Shown here: in pieces, positions 61,001 to 64,000 of the stretch
How the letters are laid out: the number at the start of each line of letters is the position of its first letter
How positions within the stretch are numbered: the first letter of the stretch is position 1
Assembly (NCBI GenBank): GCA_015680685.1
Contig: MNCI01000651.1
Location: 1,479,832 to 1,543,831, forward strand
Source: Gnetum montanum
Taxonomy: Eukaryota; Plantae; Gnetophyta
Length of the DNA: 64,000 nucleotides
Direction: 5' to 3'
Made by a program: the position numbers and the translations under genes
The notes under the pieces: model-generated
Databases searched by the model: none
What the model saw: only the letters and a program-made list of their open reading frames with translations
Told to the model about the DNA's origin: nothing

Positions 61001-62470
61001 ACACTCTTCTATAGTTTAGTGCTATCTTTGGTTGCTTGCATGGATATAGAGCTGGAACAGCTTGACATAAAAATAGCATTCTTGCATGAAGATTTGGATG
61101 ATAAATATACATGAAACAGCCCTAAGGGTATGAAAAACAACAAGGTTCAGGTCTTGTTTGCAAACTGAACGAGAGCTTATATGGTCTGAAACAAGCCCCT
61201 AGGTAGTGGCATAAAAGGTTTGATACCTTTATGAAGAAGCTAATTTATCAAAGAAACAATCTGGACAACTGTGTGTATTTTTCTAAAGATGTTTCAGGTA
61301 AGTTTACAGTGTTGTTGCTATATGTTGATGATATGTTAATTTCTGGAAATGACATGGCAAAGATAAAACATCTAAAGCTAGAAATGGGCAAAGAATTTGC
61401 AATGAAGGATTTGGGATAGGCAAAAAAAATTCTTGGAATGCATATTTACATGGACATAAAAAGGAAGAAGATGTGGCTAAGTCAGGAAGAATACATTGGA
61501 CAGGTTCTAAAACATTTCAACATCAAGGATGCAAAACCTATAGCACAATTTAATTTATCAAAGAAGGACTGTTCAAAGTCAAAGGAGGATTTTGAAAAGG
61601 TAAAGAACATCCCATATACTTTTGTTGTTGGGTCATTGACGTATGCCATGGTTTGTACACATCTTAATATTGCGTATGCCATTACAATCCAACCAGAACA
61701 TGTAGCCCTCACAGAAGCATGCAAGGAGATGTTATGGATGAATAGATTCTTGCAATCTCTTGGATTAAAACAGCAAAGGTATGATGTGTTTTGTGACAGT
61801 TTGAGTGCAATCCATCTTGCAAAGAATTTTTCCTTTCATGCTAGGACGAAACATATAGATGTCTAGTTCCACATCATAAGAGAAATCATAGAGGACAACT
61901 TGGTGCATGTTCAGAAGGTCCATACAAAGCTTAACATTGCCGATGCTTTAACAAAACCAGTGATAGCTGAAAAACACAATTTTTGTAGGAAGAAGCTTGG
62001 GATAGCTGAAGCTTAATCAGAAGTGTGCATCTCTTGAAGGCTGGTTGGATTTGTCTTCAAAGAGAGTTTGTTGGAAAAGTGAAGACAAATATGTTACTAT
62101 TATTTGTTGTATTTCCTCTTATGTTTTTAAAGGATGTTGCATTAAAAAAAAAGGTGACTTTGTAAAGTGATGTTTATGTGGGGATATGTTTTATCCTACA
62201 TGAGTTAGGATTGGGGTTTGGTCCTAATGTTTCCTTATAAATGGAAGGCTAAGGGTACCCTTTATATGTGTGTGTTTTTGATGCGGAAGTATTGTTTCAA
62301 GGTTTTACTTTAGAAACGTGAGTCTTGTAGATGTTGATCTGAGATCTGTTGGAGTAATAGATTAGGTGCTTGGGAAAGCTATAAGGATGGCTTGTGTCCT
62401 TAAGATTTGAGCAGAATAAAAGGCAACTCAACATTGTCATGGAGTGGAACTCTCATTTTCAATCATAACA
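58001..62470 (+). mobile_element. Near full-length degenerate Ty1/copia LTR retrotransposon inside the LPP intron
   Basis: LTRs ~58001-58292 and 62069-62470; PBS TGGTATTAGAGC (tRNA-iMet, 58295-58306); gag (UBN2-like), GAG-pre-integrase WHRCLGH, integrase DVCGP/FIDD/PQENGVVE, RT (LLLYVDDMLISG), RNase H (CDSLSAIHLAKN..FHARTKHIDV); no matching TSD because the 5' LTR start is missing. Confidence 0.92.
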
Positions 62471-63119
62471 TACAGTGCCCTTAGTTTCTAGGTTATAGAT
62501 TTGCATATTTTCTACAAAACTTCCAGCACCTAGTTCCACGCCAGGCAATTTTCCACAACTCAACTTCCAACATTTTGTTTGTAAAAGCATTTTACATATT
62601 TAAGGCATCACTGATCAAAAAATTTCCAAATTCTAAGGCATCATTGATAAAAAAATTTCCCTGTAAAAATCTGCACCAATCAAGTTCAGCGTTTCTCATA
62701 GTGATTTGATTAAACTTTCCAAATTTAGCTATCTTCCTACAAGACCTTCAATGGTCTACCAGCTTTAAGCATATCCATTCTAGTGGATAAACATTTTATA
62801 ATTTAATGGGCAAGGTCATCAGCTTCAGTTTAATTAGACCTAAAAAGTTGAAACCCCAAAAGGTTTCATAACACATTTGGTATGTTAAGCCATTTGGCAA
62901 CTCGCTATTTTAAATGTTAAATTCAAGATATCATCCAATCGTCATACGACAAAGCAAGTATTAGCAATTCCCGTAAATTGGGTGACCATGTTCTATTTTG
63001 AGAGCTATGCTATTTAGCAAATATTCAATTAATGTATATATGTTGACAGTTGCTACTACCAGTATTAAAAATTGAAGTGCGCTAATTGCAACAAGAAGTG
63101 TGAGTATATGCATTCCTAC

Positions 63120-63179
63120 CCTCTTCATGGTATGGAGCTGGAAAGAACTGTCGGTAACACAAGGCTGACACTATAAAGC
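63120..63179 (-). CDS. LPP: Lipid phosphate phosphatase, penultimate exon
   Basis: AG/GT-flanked 60-bp exon encoding (G)FIVSALCYRQFFPAPYHEE, matching LPP GLxVxxFCYLQFFPPPY. Confidence 0.9.
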
Positions 63180-63307
63180 CTGTTATCAAAAATGGCAACA
63201 ATAAGCAAAATCAGCTGAACAAGTTGAATGTGCTCTTAAAAATCTCATAAAAATAATAGTAATAATTGTCATCGTGACTGTTGTAGTTATCAACGGTGGG
63301 AGAATAC

Positions 63308-63496
63308 CTAAAAGGCCTCCTGCAAAAACATCTTGCCAATGGTGCCAATAATCATCTACACGTGAAACGCCAACCAAGGCAGCTACTAAAAGTGGAAAGA
63401 ATACAATGCAGAGCTTTGCAGCATGGCCTCGACGATCGAACAAATTTATCTTCCCCGCCAGATACCATGAAAGATATCCCAACCCAGCAAAGCACC
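63308..63496 (-). CDS. LPP: Lipid phosphate phosphatase exon with C3 catalytic motif; upstream exons lie beyond the window
   Basis: (W)[62 protein letters not shown]; PAP2 motif SRxxDxxHxxxD; GCAG acceptor and GT donor. Confidence 0.95.
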
Positions 63497-64000
63497 CTGC
63501 CACAAAAACCAGAAATTCAAAATTTTGCCCCACTAGCAATAAACTTAGCTATCCGGATATTGCTTACAGTACTTTGCAACATAACAGATAGATGAAATAC
63601 ACTTATCAGGAACCTCCTTATAATAATATATCCAAGCATATAAGTATGAAACGACAAAAATTGTTACATGTTAACCAACTGCAACTAAAAAATAGTTGGA
63701 TTGTAATAATTTCTTTTGAATCCAAAGAATAGCACTCCCTTTCACTGTTGTCATAACATTTCTGCTCCCCTGTGCAACCATGAAATATTTGCACTTTCAG
63801 TTTAAAATATTCTAATTTTTGACTGTTCTAATTTTTATTGTTCCTCTTTTTTAACTGGACTAACAAGAACATCAACCTTCGTATTTTTCACCCACCCCCA
63901 TTATTAAATAAAGCCAAGGAAACTTCTAGCCTCCCTGCTCATGAATATTATGTGCAAGCATTTTGAAACCACTTTTCATGTGAACTTTCACAGTACATGG

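Noticed and set aside
63186-63539. 117-aa single-exon ORF as the complete LPP protein
   Set aside because: Runs through intron sequence at both ends; true exon is 63308-63496.

Overview
Repeat-rich, intron-containing land-plant nuclear DNA (two N gaps: 8194-8208, 35023-35719). About 85-90% of the window is nested transposon sequence. From left to right: a decayed exostosin/GT47 exon; an old full-length Athila-type Ty3/gypsy element (1261-11184, minus, TSD CTTCC); a Tat/Ogre-like gag-protease derivative whose protease+3' unit is tandemly repeated (~2.5 kb period); a probable ~3.9 kb LTR; a young full-length Athila-type element (29153-43170, minus, TSD GAAAG, intact 894-aa RT-RH-INT frame) that itself carries a nested 3.25 kb solo LTR (31003-34249, TSD GAATG) containing fragments of a PARP/ADP-ribosyltransferase-like gene; and the last three exons of a lipid phosphate phosphatase (PAP2/LPP) gene on the minus strand whose final 13.7 kb intron holds copia, hAT and LINE remnants. 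The most striking unexplained structure is an array of five modular stem/internal-loop RNA elements in the R/U5 part of the Athila LTR, whose stems co-vary between modules and even between the two LTRs of the same insertion; one module hides the AAUAAA poly(A) signal.
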